A stretch of 64,000 bases of DNA from an uncultured Alphaproteobacteria bacterium (GTDB taxonomy: Bacteria; Pseudomonadota; Alphaproteobacteria; Rhizobiales; Ancalomicrobiaceae), in assembly GCA_937864925.1 (NCBI GenBank), contig CALMFH010000236.1, forward strand, positions 2,542 to 66,541. The letters run 5' to 3'. Each line of letters starts with the position of its first letter. Position 1 is the stretch's first letter. A program made the translations under genes and the position numbers. Positions 29,957 through 38,881 of the stretch are shown here, one piece after another. The notes beneath the pieces were generated by a model that searched no databases, was not told the DNA's origin, and worked only from the letters and a program-made list of their open reading frames with translations.

Positions 29957-30115
29957 TCAATGATGCGAATTCCGCATCAACCTGATCATCTTCAGATTGA
30001 TCACCCCGAAGCGGAAGAGCTGCCAGGGTAGGAACTTGCGCATGAAGCAGGTCAGCCTGGTCGGCTTGGGCGGATAGTAGGCCTGCTGGTAGGGCTCTTT
30101 GTTGGTGGCGGTCAT
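29957..30115 (-). CDS. Untracked 52-aa ORF downstream of sqr (hydrophobic/basic C-terminus)
   Basis: I translated it by hand: MTATNKEPYQQAYYPPKPTRLTCFMRKFLPWQLFRFGVINLKMIRLMRNSHH. GGGGGAGAA lies 7 nt upstream of the ATG, which is 48 nt after the sqr stop. Below the 60-aa track cutoff. Confidence 0.45.
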   Translation of the reverse strand: MTATNKEPYQQAYYPPKPTRLTCFMRKFLPWQLFRFGVINLKMIRLMRNSHH

Positions 30116-30163
30116 GATGCGTTTCTCCCCCGTGCTCTGGTCTCGTCGTCGCTTTCTCGTCGG

Positions 30164-31648
30164 TCAATCCGGCAGCAGCGACCAGCCGGGGCGCATCTTG
30201 GCCTGATAGATGAAGGTGTAGTGGAGCATCGCCTTCATCCAGTGACCGGCGAGACCGATCTCGCCGAAGGTCAGCGACAGATCACGTCCGTACATCGGGT
30301 ACTTCTCGTAGTCCGGCACGACGGGGAAGACGGTCATCGTCGCCGCCGAGCCGGTGAACATGTTGCGGCCGGTCGAGGCGACGCAGGCCGCGCCCATCTT
30401 GGCCATCGAGGCGTGACGGGTCGGGGCGGGGGCGCCGTCGAGCATTTCCAGGATCGACGAGGTCACCGCGATCGCCATGGCTGCCGAGGGCATGCCGGTG
30501 CGCGGCGGGGCCGGATTGATCGGCGTGCCGTTGGGGCTCGACATCGGCTTGGAGATCAGATGCGGCGGCGCGAAGGCGATGCCGACGGCGAAGAGGTTGC
30601 CATAGCTCGGGTTCTGATAGGTCGAGGGCCAGTCCTTGGCCGACCACTCCGCATAGGGGCGCGGCGTGTAGTCGGCATCGACCTTCATGAAGCCGGAAGG
30701 CGCGAAGATCTTCGCCGTGATGTCCTCGCCGGCCTTGTCGAAGGCCTTCAAGCCGACGCCGGCGAAGGGCGGGATCAGCATGGCGAAGTCGAAGCCGAGC
30801 TCGTTCTTGGTGCCGTCGAGCAGTTCGTAGTGGATCTTGCCGGCCTCGACCTTGTTGACCGCGGCGCGGGTGATCCACTCGATGCCGCGTTCGACCATCA
30901 GGCTCTCGGCGAAGACCTTGCCGTTGGTGATGTAGCCGCCGCGTTCGATGTGGACACCGCCCATACCGAAGTCGCCGAGCTCGTATTCGTTGGAGATCCA
31001 CACCAGCCGCGCCTTGTCGCGGACGCCGGCGTCACGCAGCACGTGCTCGACGTTGTAGATGTATTCGAAGGCCGCGCCCTGGCAGGTGCAGGTGCCGTGG
31101 CCGGTGCCGATGACGATGGTCTTGTCCTCGCCGCGACGCATCGCCTCGATGGTCGCCTGGAGCTTGTGGTTCGCCTCCAGCGCATGTGAGGCGGTGCAGA
31201 CCGACACGGTGTGGCCGTGGTCGGGGCCGAGGCCTTCGGTGGCGCCGAAGTTCAGCTTCGGACCGGTCGAATTGATCAGGTAGTCGTAAGGGATCCTGGC
31301 GGTCTGGCCGGCCTTGTCGGCGCTGGTGTATTCGACCACCACGTGCGGCGAGGGATCCTCGGCACTGCCTTCCGGATGGATCGACAGCGCCTTGGCCTGA
31401 TGGAAGGGAACGCCGATCCGCTTGTAGAGCGGGGCGAGCTCGAAGGTCACCTGGTCCTCGTTCATCTGGCCGACGCCGACCCAGATGTTCGACGGAACCC
31501 AGTTCCACTTGGCGTTGGGCGAGATGACCACGACCTCGTAGGGCGTCCTGGTCTTGCGGCGGCCGCGCACGAGATAGCGCGCGGCGGTGTGGCCGGAGAT
31601 ACCCGCGCCGAGAATGACGATCTGCTTCTTCCCGCCCTGCGTAGCCAT
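30164..31648 (-). CDS. sqr: NAD(P)/FAD-dependent oxidoreductase, sulfide:quinone oxidoreductase-like
   Basis: VILGAGISGHTAA FAD fold, conserved Cys contexts (VSVCTASHA, GTCTCQGAAFEY), and a long amphipathic C-terminus. The subtype cannot be assigned by eye. Confidence 0.75.
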   Translation of the reverse strand: MATQGGKKQIVILGAGISGHTAARYLVRGRRKTRTPYEVVVISPNAKWNWVPSNIWVGVGQMNEDQVTFELAPLYKRIGVPFHQAKALSIHPEGSAEDPSPHVVVEYTSADKAGQTARIPYDYLINSTGPKLNFGATEGLGPDHGHTVSVCTASHALEANHKLQATIEAMRRGEDKTIVIGTGHGTCTCQGAAFEYIYNVEHVLRDAGVRDKARLVWISNEYELGDFGMGGVHIERGGYITNGKVFAESLMVERGIEWITRAAVNKVEAGKIHYELLDGTKNELGFDFAMLIPPFAGVGLKAFDKAGEDITAKIFAPSGFMKVDADYTPRPYAEWSAKDWPSTYQNPSYGNLFAVGIAFAPPHLISKPMSSPNGTPINPAPPRTGMPSAAMAIAVTSSILEMLDGAPAPTRHASMAKMGAACVASTGRNMFTGSAATMTVFPVVPDYEKYPMYGRDLSLTFGEIGLAGHWMKAMLHYTFIYQAKMRPGWSLLPD

Positions 31649-31926
31649 GTGCCCGCCTCCCCCCCAAACAGGGGTTCCGCATCCCCGAGAGGACGGGGGT
31701 GCTCACCAATGTCGATGCAAATTTATATTCCGATATTTCGATATGAAAATACCGATTGTTCCGAGGATCTTCGGCCTTTTCGGGAGACCATCGCAAACTC
31801 GGCGGCGAGCGGCGGGGTCGGCCGGCGGCGATCGCCGGATCGGCGCGTCGCACGATTTCGTGTGTAGTCTCCGCCTGTAACGAATCGCCGTCGCCCTACG
31901 TATCGTGAGGGCAAGGAGGTTCCATC

Positions 31927-32360
31927 ATGTATCGCAAAGACCCGACCCGCATCGCGGCACTGACGCCGGAGCAGTATCGCGTCACTCAGCAGAACGGCAC
32001 CGAGTATCCCGGCACCGGCGAACATCTGCGGAATTTCGCCCCCGGGCTCTATGTCGACATCGTCTCGGGTGAACCGCTGTTCGTCTCGACCGACAAGTTC
32101 GAGTCGCATTGCGGCTGGCCGAGCTTCTCGAAGCCGGTCGAGCCGGCCAATGTCGCCGAACTCGACGACACCACCCACGGCATGGTGCGCACCGAGGTGC
32201 GCTCGCGCCATGGCGACAGCCATCTCGGCCATGTCTTCCCCGACGGGCCGCGTGAGCGCGGGGGCTTACGTTACTGCATCAACTCCGCGGCGCTGCGCTT
32301 CGTCCCCAGGGCGGAGATGGAACAAGAAGGCTACGGCGCCTTTCTCGATCAGGTGGAGGG

Positions 32361-32364
<4 letters not shown>
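31927..32364 (+). CDS. msrB: Peptide-methionine (R)-S-oxide reductase
   Basis: [14 protein letters not shown] and RYCINS motifs. Confidence 0.95.
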
Positions 32365-32873
<509 letters not shown>

Positions 32874-33011
32874 TCGATCCCTCCAGGCGGCACCGGCGTG
32901 GCGCCGGGGACACATCGGGCGACGGCCGCCTCGGTGGGTGAGGCCCCTTACTCGCCGCCGCGTCCTGCGTTATCTCGATCTTCGCCCGTCTTGCGCGGAG
33001 AATCGCCCGAT

Positions 33012-33626
33012 ATGCCCCCTCGCCCCCCCGCCCCGCCGCGCGCCTGGCAACGGATGCTCTCCGGGCGGCGGCTCGATCTGCTCGATCCGTCGCCGCTCGA
33101 CGTCGAGATCGGTGACATCGCCCACGGCCTCGCCCGCGTCGCCCGCTGGAACGGCCAGACGATCGGCGATCACGCCTTCTCGGTCGCGCAACACAGCGTC
33201 CTGGTCGAAGAGTTGGCGCTCCGGCTGGAGCCCATCCTGGCGCCGAAGTGGCGGCTCGCCGTGCTGCTGCACGATGCGCCGGAATACGTCATCGGCGACA
33301 TGATCTCACCGTTCAAGGCGGTGGTCGGCGGTGGCTACAAGGTGGTCGAGCATCGGCTGGAGACCGCCATCCACCTGCGCTTCGGCCTGCCGGCCACCAT
33401 CCCGGCGATGATCCGCACGCTGACCAAGCGGGCCGATCACGTCTCGGCCTATTTCGAGGCGGTCGAGCTCGCCGGATTCGAGCGCGGCGAAGCGGAGCGG
33501 ATCTTCGGCCGGCCGAAGGGCTTCCCCGAGCGGCTCGGTCTCACTCCCTGGCCGATCGCAGAGGCGCAGGCCCGCTTCCTCGAGCGCTTCCATGATCTCG
33601 ATGCCCAGGTGCGGGCCGCGGCGTGA
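33012..33626 (+). CDS. HD-domain hydrolase (YfbR-like)
   Basis: H...HD...D pattern: SVAQHS, LLHDAPEYVIGDM, ADHVSAYFE. Confidence 0.75.
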   Translation: MPPRPPAPPRAWQRMLSGRRLDLLDPSPLDVEIGDIAHGLARVARWNGQTIGDHAFSVAQHSVLVEELALRLEPILAPKWRLAVLLHDAPEYVIGDMISPFKAVVGGGYKVVEHRLETAIHLRFGLPATIPAMIRTLTKRADHVSAYFEAVELAGFERGEAERIFGRPKGFPERLGLTPWPIAEAQARFLERFHDLDAQVRAAA

Positions 33627-33751
33627 CCGGAGCACGGGAGGTCGACGAGAGCGCGGCGCCTTCCCCCGCCTCGGCCCGCCATGTTTCGGGCGCGATGACG
33701 TGCGAGCGACGGCGCGCTAGATTTCACCGTCCCTTCGACCCGGAACCCCGC

Positions 33752-34279
33752 ATGTCCAGCCTCCACGTCTGTTCGCTGTCGCGCCTCCACGAGACCGTCG
33801 AGCGGATCGGCGCCTCGCATGTCGCCACCCTGATCAACGCCGGCACACCGGTCGCCCGGCCACCGTCGATCCGGGCGGAGAACCATCTCTTCCTCGGCTT
33901 CAACGACATCGTCGAACCGATGGATGGGATGGTGCCGGTCACTTCGGCGCAGGTCGCCCGCCTCCTCGACTTCGTCGCCACCTGGGATCGGGCGCGGCCG
34001 ATGGTGGTGCACTGCTGGGCCGGTATCTCGCGCTCGACCGCCGGCGCCTATGTTGCCGCCTGCGCCCTCATGCCCGGCATCGACGAGGAGCGGATCGCGC
34101 GAGAGTTGAGGTCGCGGGCGCCGTCGGCGACGCCGAACGGGCGGGTGGTGGCGCTCGCCGATGCGCTTCTCGGCCGCGACGGCCGAATGGTGGCGGCGAT
34201 CCGCGCCATCGGCCGCGGTGCCGATGCCTTCGAGGGACGACCCTTCACCCTGCCGCTGGAGCGGGAGGCCTGGGGATGA
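33752..34279 (+). CDS. Cys-based (tyrosine/dual-specificity-like) phosphatase family protein
   Basis: P-loop HCWAGISRS (CX5R); about 175 aa. The stop overlaps the next gene's ATG. Confidence 0.7.
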   Translation: MSSLHVCSLSRLHETVERIGASHVATLINAGTPVARPPSIRAENHLFLGFNDIVEPMDGMVPVTSAQVARLLDFVATWDRARPMVVHCWAGISRSTAGAYVAACALMPGIDEERIARELRSRAPSATPNGRVVALADALLGRDGRMVAAIRAIGRGADAFEGRPFTLPLEREAWG

Positions 34280-35307
34280 GCGAGGCGCGCGGCAGCGGGC
34301 TCGAAATCGGCCTCAACGCGGCGATCGTCGCGGTGAAGGGCGACGTGCCGATGATCCTCACCGTCGGCGGCGGTGACGACGAGGCGCTGCCCTTCGGCCC
34401 GTTCGACCCGGTGCGGCATCGCACGCTCGAGATCGGCCTGCGCTCCTGGGTGGAGGCGCAGACGGCGCTCAGGCTCGGCTATGTCGAGCAGCTCTACACC
34501 TTCGGTGATCGCGGACGATACGCCCGCGGCGGCGGTCGCGGCGGCGGCGACGTCGGACCACACGTGGTCTCGGTCGGCTATCTGGCGCTGACCCGCGTCG
34601 CCGGGCGCGGCGAGGGCGGCGAGGAAGCGATGACCGCCTCGCAGGAGGCGTTGGCGCGGGCCGGCGCCACCTTCCGTCCGTGGTACGATCATTTCCCCTG
34701 GGAAGACTGGCGGCGCGGCCGACCGGCGATGGTCGACGAGGCGATCCTGCCGGCGTTGCGCGCCTGGGTGGCGGAGGCGCCGGAGGATGCCGATCCGGCA
34801 CGCGCGCTCGGCCGGGCGGAGCGGCTCAGGCTGTTCTTCGGCACCGAAGGCGCGCCCTTCGACGAGGAGAAGGTGCTGGAACGCTACGAATTGCTCTACG
34901 AGGCCGGATTGGTGGAGGAGGCGCGGCGCGACCGACGGGCGTCGGGGCGGCCCGTGCACGGCAATCCGCTCGCCGGACTCGGGCGGCCGATGCGTTTCGA
35001 CCACCGCCGCATCCTGGCGACGGCGATCTCACGGCTGAGGGCCAAGCTCAAGTATCGCCCGGTGGTGTTCGAGCTGATGCCGGAGAGCTTCACCCTGACC
35101 GAACTCCAACGCACCGTCGAGGCGATCTCGGGCCGCCATCTGCACAAGCAGAACTTCCGCCGGCTGGTGGAGACCGCGGCGCTGGTGGAGGCGACCGGCG
35201 AGACCTCTCTCGCCACCGGCGGACGGCCGGCGAGCCTCTACCGCTTCCGCCGCGAGGTGCTGAGCGAGCGCCCGGCGCCCGGGTTGCGGCTGGGCACGCG
35301 CGGGTGA
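34276..35307 (+). CDS. nadQ: NadQ-type NAD biosynthesis regulator (Nudix-like N-domain plus C-terminal wHTH, COG4111-like)
   Basis: Nudix-fold-like N-terminal half without a canonical Nudix box. C-terminal FTLTELQRTVEAISGRHLHKQNFRRLV...GGRPASLYRF is winged-helix-like. The assignment is from memory of the family. Confidence 0.6.
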   Translation: MSEARGSGLEIGLNAAIVAVKGDVPMILTVGGGDDEALPFGPFDPVRHRTLEIGLRSWVEAQTALRLGYVEQLYTFGDRGRYARGGGRGGGDVGPHVVSVGYLALTRVAGRGEGGEEAMTASQEALARAGATFRPWYDHFPWEDWRRGRPAMVDEAILPALRAWVAEAPEDADPARALGRAERLRLFFGTEGAPFDEEKVLERYELLYEAGLVEEARRDRRASGRPVHGNPLAGLGRPMRFDHRRILATAISRLRAKLKYRPVVFELMPESFTLTELQRTVEAISGRHLHKQNFRRLVETAALVEATGETSLATGGRPASLYRFRREVLSERPAPGLRLGTRG

Positions 35308-35339
35308 CCCTCGCGGACGTCGGCGTTTCGATCGCCGTC

Positions 35340-36206
35340 TCAGGCCTTCTTCACCGGACCGAGGCTCGCGGGGGCCGGAATGTCCGCGGGAACGAAGAAG
35401 TCGGGAGCGAGCGGCTTCGACGGATCGACGCGGTAACGGTCGAAGTCGGTGACGCCTTCGGCGGCGAGGAAGGTGTCGTCGATGAGGAAGTTGCCGGTGA
35501 AGCTGCGGGCCGGCTTGGTCAGCACCGCGTGGGCGGCGTCGGCCATGATCTCCGGGGTGCGGCTCATCGACATCAGGCCGGCGCCGACGACGAACTCGAT
35601 CGCCGAGGTGGCGATGGCGGTGCGCGGCCACAGGGCGTTGACGGCGATGCCCTTGGGGCGGAACTCGCCGGAGAGCCCGAGCACGCACATGCTCATGCCG
35701 TACTTGGCGATCGAATAGGCGGTGTGGGGGGCGAACCAGTGTTCCTTCATGTCGAGCGGCGGCGACAGCATCAGCACGTGCGGATTGTCGCTCTTCGCCA
35801 GAAACGGCGCGGCGTGTTTGGTGACCATGAAGGTGCCGCGGGTGTTGACCCCCATCATCAGGTCGAAGTGCTTCATCTCGGTGGCGGTCGTGTCGGTCAG
35901 CCGGATCGCCGAGGCGTTGTTGACGACGATGTCGAGGCGGCCGAAATGTGCCATCGTCGTCTCGAGGGCACGCACCACCGACTCTTCGTCGCGGACGTCG
36001 ACCACCAACGGCAGGGCCTCGCCGCCGGCGGCGCGGATCGCCTCCGCCGCGGTGTGGATGGTGCCGGGCAGCTTCGGGTGCGGCGTGTCGGTCTTGGCGG
36101 CGACGACGACGCGGGCGCCGTCGCGGGCGGCGCGCAGCGCAATGGCGAGGCCGATCCCGCGGGTGGCGCCGGTGACGAAGAGAGTGCGTCCCTGGAGAGT
36201 GGTCAT
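35340..36206 (-). CDS. SDR family oxidoreductase (HSDL2-like)
   Basis: TGATRGIGLAIA, NNASA, YSIAKYG. Start ATG 36206 lies inside tracked ORF 35340..36458. Confidence 0.85.
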   Translation of the reverse strand: MTTLQGRTLFVTGATRGIGLAIALRAARDGARVVVAAKTDTPHPKLPGTIHTAAEAIRAAGGEALPLVVDVRDEESVVRALETTMAHFGRLDIVVNNASAIRLTDTTATEMKHFDLMMGVNTRGTFMVTKHAAPFLAKSDNPHVLMLSPPLDMKEHWFAPHTAYSIAKYGMSMCVLGLSGEFRPKGIAVNALWPRTAIATSAIEFVVGAGLMSMSRTPEIMADAAHAVLTKPARSFTGNFLIDDTFLAAEGVTDFDRYRVDPSKPLAPDFFVPADIPAPASLGPVKKA

Positions 36207-36318
36207 TCGGCTTCCGTTCAGGTCGAGTGTGATACCGAGTATGGTCATGAGGTTAACGTATACGTCCACCTCGCGCCAGGGGCGATGCGCCGGCGCCGGG
36301 GACGGGAGAAGCGGAAAG

Positions 36319-36480
36319 ATGGTTCGAACCCTGGTCGTCGCCCTCTTCGTGTCGATCTTCGCCGCCACGACGGTCGCCGAGGCGCAATACCGGCCGCCGA
36401 CACCACCGCAGCGACCGCCGTGGAAGGACGTCTGTTGCGGCGGACCGTGTTGCGTCAAGCCGCGCCTACCGGGCCGTTGA
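36319..36480 (+). CDS. Secreted Pro/Cys-rich mini-protein (53-aa precursor)
   Basis: ATG 36319 follows GGGAGAAGCGGAAAG. Signal peptide MVRTLVVALFVSIFAATTVAEA, then QYRPPTPPQRPPWKDVCCGGPCCVKPRLPGR. This is the tail of tracked ORF 35722..36480. Confidence 0.5.
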   Translation: MVRTLVVALFVSIFAATTVAEAQYRPPTPPQRPPWKDVCCGGPCCVKPRLPGR

Positions 36481-36490
36481 GGGGGAACGC

Positions 36491-37096
36491 GTGACCGACG
36501 ACGAGGGGGGCGACACGGCGGCGGCGGGACGCGCCGTCACCCGAGGGGGGGGCGGCGCGGCATGGTTTCGCATCGGTGCGATCGTGCTGATGGCCGTCGG
36601 GGGTTGGGCGTGGGGGGCGTGGGAGCACTTCGTCGCCGCGCCACGGATCCGCGACGTCGCCCGCGTCACCTACACACTCGACCTGATCGATCGCTTCGAC
36701 GACACCGAGGCTCACAAGGTCTATGTCCAGCTCGCCACCGACATGAAGCCGTGGTGGGACCAGATCGAGGATCTGCAGCGCCGTATCCAGGCCACGCCGG
36801 GCGACGAGGCGCGCGAGGCGCTGATCACCGAGCGCGACGCCTCGCTCCTCACCTTCATCAAAGACCGTGATCTGGCGCCGCGGATCGATCTCCTGATCCT
36901 CGCCTTCGACGAGTTCGTGCGCTGCCTCGACACCGCGGTCTGCGATCAGGAGGTGCTCGACAAGGCGATCGGAATCGACGTCAAACGGATCTACCGCACC
37001 TTCCGGCCCTACATCCTGATGCGGCGCTCCAACGGCGGCGCCGACGCGACCTACGGTAAGGACCTCGAAGACCTGTTCTTCCGCGTCCTGGGGTGA
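36491..37096 (+). CDS. Membrane-anchored protein, DUF4760-like C-terminal domain
   Basis: GTG start 10 nt after the peptide gene. One TM (WFRIGAIVLMAVGGWAWGAW). The tail LILAFDEFVRCLD...RIYRTFRPYILMRR...DLEDLF resembles my memory of DUF4760. Confidence 0.55.
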   Translation: MTDDEGGDTAAAGRAVTRGGGGAAWFRIGAIVLMAVGGWAWGAWEHFVAAPRIRDVARVTYTLDLIDRFDDTEAHKVYVQLATDMKPWWDQIEDLQRRIQATPGDEAREALITERDASLLTFIKDRDLAPRIDLLILAFDEFVRCLDTAVCDQEVLDKAIGIDVKRIYRTFRPYILMRRSNGGADATYGKDLEDLFFRVLG

Positions 37097-37123
37097 CCGG
37101 CGACGACGGGAGACGGGGCGGCA

Positions 37124-37501
37124 TCACGCCGCCAGGGGGTAGGGCACGACCAGATGTTCGGCCGGAATGCCCCATTGCACCGACAAGCGGTGGATCATGT
37201 CGACGGTGAGAGCCTGCTTGCGCCGCAGCACCTCCGATGCACGGGATCGCGAACCGAAGAGGAAGGCGAGATCGCTCTGCTCGCGGCCCGAGTTCTCCAT
37301 ATGGGCGCGGATGAGATCGACGGGATCGGGGGCGGTGATCGCATGGTGGCGGTTCTCATCGGCTTCGATCAGATCGGCGAGCACGTCGAAGCGATCGGCC
37401 TCGGCACTGCCCGGCACCGGCGGGTTTGCGAAATAGGCGTCCACCGCGCCGATCGCCCAAGCGAGATCCGCGTCGTCGCGAATGGGTCGGATGTTCCGCA
37501 T
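37124..37501 (-). CDS. higA: HigA-family antitoxin (HTH)
   Basis: 125 aa. C-terminal HTH SDLAFLFGSRSRASEVLRRKQALTVDMIHRLSVQWGIPAEHL parallels E. coli HigA. The ATG shares 1 nt with the higB stop. Confidence 0.8.
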   Translation of the reverse strand: MRNIRPIRDDADLAWAIGAVDAYFANPPVPGSAEADRFDVLADLIEADENRHHAITAPDPVDLIRAHMENSGREQSDLAFLFGSRSRASEVLRRKQALTVDMIHRLSVQWGIPAEHLVVPYPLAA

Positions 37502-37827
37502 CACACCGTCTCCGCATCGATCTCGTCGTAGTCCGCGTGGGTCCCCGCGAACTTCACCAGCACACGCCCGTAGGCGTAGGCGACATGGACGACGAAGCGG
37601 TACGTGTTGCCGCCGATGTCGAAGATCACTCTGTAGTCGCCGACGAAGTCGACGTCGGCCCCGAACATCGCCTTGATGTCGGCGGGTCCGCTCCAGTTCG
37701 CACGGCTCGCCACGACACACCACGCCCGAAGCGGCGTCTCGGCCCACGGATGGCGGGCCCAGAAGGCCTTCAGCGTGGACTTGGCGATGATCTGCACATC
37801 GGCAATACGTTCCCATTTCGGGAACAT
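37501..37827 (-). CDS. higB: HigB-family toxin (mRNA interferase)
   Basis: IIAKSTLKAFW...GNTYRFVVHVAYAYGRVLVKFAGTHADYD is typical of the HigB_toxin family. Homologues start at the position of GTG 37797, so that is a likely alternative start. Confidence 0.8.
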   Translation of the reverse strand: MFPKWERIADVQIIAKSTLKAFWARHPWAETPLRAWCVVASRANWSGPADIKAMFGADVDFVGDYRVIFDIGGNTYRFVVHVAYAYGRVLVKFAGTHADYDEIDAETV

Positions 37828-37875
37828 ATCGAGTCGAAACCCTCCGGTTCGACCGATGACGGCCTTCTCCTCTCC

Positions 37876-38643
37876 TCACTTCTTCTTGCCCATGAAGGCG
37901 GCGAAGGCGGCGGCGGCTTCGGGAGAGGCGAGGCGGCGGGCGAATTCCTTGGCCTCGACCGCGATGCGGGTCAGCACGTCCTCACGGGTGGTGACGTGGC
38001 CGGAACGCAGCAGCCGGCGGGCGGCGGCGAGCGCCTGACGCGGCTTGGCGGCGAGCGCCTCGGCCGCCGCCATCGTCGCCGGCTCGACCTCGTCGGCGCC
38101 GACCACCCGGTTGACCATGCCGACCGCCGCGGCGCGGCTCGCGTCGAAGCCGTTGCCGAGGCAGAGCAGCTCGAAGGCGAGCGGATGTCCCATCAGGCGG
38201 GGCGCGAGCAGGCTCGAACCGCCCTCGGGGACGAGGCCGAGATCGAGGAAAGGCGTGCGGAACAGCGACCGGTCGGAGGCGTAGACGAGATCGGCGTGGA
38301 ACAGCGCGGTGGTGCCGATGCCGATCGCCAGACCATCGACGCCGCAGACGAGCGGCTTGTCGAGGCTCGCCAACGCCACGAGAAAGTCGATCACCTGCAG
38401 TCCGAGCTTGCCGGTCGCGGCCGCGGCGGCGAATTCGGCGACGTCGTTGCCCGAGGAGAAGGCGCCGGGTACGCCGAGCAACACGTGAACGGCCACAACC
38501 TCGTCCGCCTCACCTGCCTGCAACGCCGCGGTCATCGCCTCGTACATGCCGGAGGTGAGGGCGTTCTTCTTGTCCGGCCGATTCATGCGGACGACGTTCA
38601 CCGCGCCGGCGCGGGTGACGGAGATGAGATCGGAGGTGGTCAT
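37876..38643 (-). CDS. Enoyl-CoA hydratase/isomerase family protein
   Basis: Crotonase fold: NRPDKKNALT, GAFSSGNDV, CGVDGLAIGIGTT. Confidence 0.88.
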   Translation of the reverse strand: MTTSDLISVTRAGAVNVVRMNRPDKKNALTSGMYEAMTAALQAGEADEVVAVHVLLGVPGAFSSGNDVAEFAAAAATGKLGLQVIDFLVALASLDKPLVCGVDGLAIGIGTTALFHADLVYASDRSLFRTPFLDLGLVPEGGSSLLAPRLMGHPLAFELLCLGNGFDASRAAAVGMVNRVVGADEVEPATMAAAEALAAKPRQALAAARRLLRSGHVTTREDVLTRIAVEAKEFARRLASPEAAAAFAAFMGKKK

Positions 38644-38881
38644 GGTCGTCTCGGCTCCCGGGTTCGACGTGATGGCTCACCTATACGGCAGTCTTCGCTC
38701 GTATCGGGGCGCGTTCCGCACCTTCGTGCGGTTCGGCGCACTCTAGGCACAGCGACCCCACGCCCGCAACACCGACGTACGCGCCGATCGGTCGCCGCCC
38801 CTTGTCTCGCGCCACGAAAGACGCCAAGGAGAACCGCGACGACGGCCGGCGACGGGCAGCGGGTCGCGCGACGAGGGGATC

